Source: Mycobacterium tuberculosis H37Rv (GTDB lineage Bacteria; Actinomycetota; Actinomycetes; Mycobacteriales; Mycobacteriaceae). Taken from it: 32,000 bases of DNA. The notes beneath the pieces are model-generated. The model saw nothing but the letters and a program-made list of their open reading frames with translations, had not been told where the DNA came from and did no database searches. The position numbers were made by a program, and so were the translations under genes. This document shows, in pieces, positions 30,335-32,000 of the stretch. Every line of letters starts with the position of its first letter. The stretch's first letter is position 1. The stretch covers positions 3,750,001 through 3,782,000 of the forward strand of contig NC_000962.3 of the NCBI RefSeq assembly GCF_000195955.2. The letters run 5' to 3'.

Positions 30335-30979
30335 TTACCAGCCGTTCCAGTGCGTCACGCTCTCGGCCGGCAGCCGCTTGGCCGGCCGGAAGTCGATGCC
30401 TTGTGTGTAGGCGATCGGAAGCAGCCCGCCTTGGCTGTATTCGTCGTAGGGAATGCCGAGCACGTCGGCCACCTTGTGCTCGCCGTTGTCGAGCAGGTGC
30501 AGCGTCGTCCAGCACGAACCCAGCCCGCGGGAGCGCAGCGCCAGGCAGAAGCTCCACACCGCCGGGAACAGTGAGGCCCAAAACGACACGCCACCCACCG
30601 CCGACTCGTCTTCCCGGCCTTTCAGGCAGGGGATCAGCAGCACCGGCGCCCGGTGCATGTGTTCGGCGAGATAGGTCGCCGAATCGCGGACCCGCCCCAT
30701 CCGCTCGCCGCGGGTGTCGCCGTCGGGGTACTCGGGCGCCGGCCCGCTGAGGTAGCCCCGGGCGTTGGCCAGGTAGACGTCGGCGATCGCCTTTTTCTTG
30801 GCGGCGTCCTCGACGAACACCCACTGCCAGCCTTGGGAATTGGAACCGGTGGGCGCCTGCAGCGCCAGCTCGAGGCATTCCATCAGCACGTCGCGTGGCA
30901 CCGGCTTGTCGAAATCGAGACGCTTGCGCACCGAGCGGGTAGTGGTCAGGACCTCGTCGACGGACAGGTTGAGGGTCAT
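30335..30979 (-). CDS. Nitroreductase-family flavoprotein (214 aa)
   Basis: Sequence LTTTRSVRKRLDFDKPVPRDVLMECLELALQAPTGSNSQGWQWVFVED...SLFPAVWSFCLALRSRGLGSCWTTLHL. Confidence 0.85.
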   Translation of the reverse strand: MTLNLSVDEVLTTTRSVRKRLDFDKPVPRDVLMECLELALQAPTGSNSQGWQWVFVEDAAKKKAIADVYLANARGYLSGPAPEYPDGDTRGERMGRVRDSATYLAEHMHRAPVLLIPCLKGREDESAVGGVSFWASLFPAVWSFCLALRSRGLGSCWTTLHLLDNGEHKVADVLGIPYDEYSQGGLLPIAYTQGIDFRPAKRLPAESVTHWNGW

Positions 30980-30985
30980 GTGGGC

Positions 30986-30995
30986 AGGCTACCGT
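30986..30995. promoter_or_regulatory. Two overlapping candidate -10 hexamers for divergent leaderless transcripts: TAGCCT on the minus strand (30991..30986) and TACCGT on the plus strand (30990..30995)
   Basis: Each TANNNT ends exactly 6 nt before an ATG: 30979 on the minus strand and 31002 on the plus strand. Confidence 0.35.
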
Positions 30996-31001
30996 TGGGC
31001 C

Positions 31002-31412
31002 ATGAGCGTCGAACTGACACAAGAGGTTTCTGCCAGGCTCACGTCCGACCTTTACGGGTGGTTGACCACCGTCGCCCGATCGGGGCAGCCGGTTCCGCGG
31101 CTGGTGTGGTTCTACTTCGACGGGACCGACCTGACGGTGTACTCCATGCCTCAGGCGGCCAAGGTCGCCCACATCACCGCCCATCCGCAGGTCAGCCTGA
31201 ACCTGGACTCCGACGGCAACGGCGCCGGGATCATCGTGGTGGGCGGGACGGCGGCGGTGGTGGCCACCGATGTCGACTGCCGCGACGACGCGCCGTATTG
31301 GGCCAAGTACCGCGAGGATGCCGCGAAGTTCGGGCTGACCGAGGCGATCGCCGCCTACAGCACCCGGCTGAAGATCACCCCGACCCGGGTGTGGACGACG
31401 CCCACGGGCTGA
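31002..31412 (+). CDS. Pyridoxamine-5'-phosphate-oxidase-like (PPOX/F420-dependent class) protein; 136 aa from ATG 31002, 144 aa from the alternative ATG 30978
   Basis: Sequence LTSDLYGWLTTVARSGQPVPRLVWFYFDGTDLTVYSMPQAAKVAHITAHPQVSLNLDSDGNGAGIIVVGGTA, a split-barrel PNPOx-like pattern. The ATG at 30978 would overlap the divergent start codon at 30979 within a CATG, so I favour 31002. Confidence 0.8.
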   Translation: MSVELTQEVSARLTSDLYGWLTTVARSGQPVPRLVWFYFDGTDLTVYSMPQAAKVAHITAHPQVSLNLDSDGNGAGIIVVGGTAAVVATDVDCRDDAPYWAKYREDAAKFGLTEAIAAYSTRLKITPTRVWTTPTG

Positions 31413-31486
31413 GCGGGCTGGCCCCCGCTCGCCGCCAGAGTGAAATCCACGACGCGTTTGCGGCGTGTCGCGTCGCCCGTTTCACT
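31411..31486. terminator. Two hairpins in the convergent intergenic region: GAGCGGG-ctggcc-CCCGCTC (31411..31430) and a compound stem AGTGAAA/CGACGCG ... CGCGTCG/TTTCACT (31439..31486)
   Basis: The complementary arms are read directly. There is no U-tract, which is common for mycobacterial terminator-like structures. Confidence 0.4.
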
Positions 31487-31500
31487 GTCGGCGCAGAGGT

Positions 31501-32000
31501 TCACCGGAAGTCGCGCGAGCGCGCGCCGACCGCCAGGGTGAGGCGGCCCATCCGTTCGGCGACGACGGTGATTGCGCCGCTGGCGTTTTGGACCTGGCCG
31601 CGGATCAGCAGCGCCGGCGCCGTGTGCGCGAGCTTGCGGTGTCGCGCCCACACCCCGGGCGTGCAGAGCACGTTGACCATCCCGGTCTCGTCTTCGAGGT
31701 TGATGAACGTCACCCCCTGGGCCGTGGCGGGTCGCTGCCGATGAGTCACCGCGCCGGCGATCAGCACGCGGTCGCCGTCGGACACCGATCCCAGCCTCTC
31801 GGCGGGCAGCACCCCCATCGCGTCCAGGTCCGCCCGCAGGAACTGGGTCGGATAGCTGTCCGGGGAGACGCCGGTGGCCCACACGTCGGCGGCGGCCAGC
31901 TCCAGCTCGCTCATCCCCGGCAGCGCCGGGATGTGCGACGACGAGCCCACCCCGGGTAACCGGTCCGGCCGGCCCGTGGCCGCGGCCCCGGCCGCCCACA
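31501..32000 (-). CDS. dnaE2: Error-prone DNA polymerase III alpha subunit DnaE2, C-terminal end (the gene continues beyond the right edge)
   Basis: Sequence ...ELELAAADVWATGVSPDSYPTQFLRADLDAMGVLPAERLGSVSDGDRVLIAGAVTHRQRPATAQGVTFINLEDETGMVNVLCTPGVWARHRKLAHTAPALLIRGQVQNASGAITVVAERM, the OB-fold tail of DnaE-type polymerases. The frame stays open to the window edge. Confidence 0.88.
   Translation of the reverse strand, partial: WAAGAAATGRPDRLPGVGSSSHIPALPGMSELELAAADVWATGVSPDSYPTQFLRADLDAMGVLPAERLGSVSDGDRVLIAGAVTHRQRPATAQGVTFINLEDETGMVNVLCTPGVWARHRKLAHTAPALLIRGQVQNASGAITVVAERMGRLTLAVGARSRDFR

Overview
This is a high-GC actinobacterial chromosome. From protein sequences, lengths and gene order (memory only, no search was possible) I recognise it as Mycobacterium tuberculosis complex, the segment equivalent to H37Rv Rv3347c (PPE55) through Rv3370c (dnaE2). 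The left ~17 kb holds three things: the 5' third of one giant PPE_MPTR gene (1..3184, minus strand); two decayed IS remnants joined tail to tail (IS110-family 3765..~4538, ISL3-family ~4539..5842); and a complete 3716-codon PPE_MPTR gene (PPE56, 5952..17102, minus strand). The right ~15 kb holds, in order: a decayed FAD/BBE-type oxidase split into three ORFs; a DUF732-type secreted protein; a small membrane protein translationally coupled to folD; and the relJK (YefM/YoeB) toxin-antitoxin pair with GTAC-core palindromes upstream. Next come an Old-Yellow-Enzyme-type flavin oxidoreductase, an FHA-domain protein, and a tightly coupled five-gene conservon-type operon (sensor kinase, roadblock, DUF742, small GTPase, DNA-mimic MfpA). 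The window ends with a TrmL/SpoU methyltransferase, PE_PGRS51, a nitroreductase, a PNPOx-like protein and the 3' end of dnaE2. I saw no rRNA, tRNA or CRISPR array. I do not see a convincingly undescribed system. The most system-like locus, the MfpA operon, is already described in outline, although its input signal is unknown. Many long ORFs in the six-frame track are antisense or off-frame shadows of the GC-rich repeat genes and are rejected.
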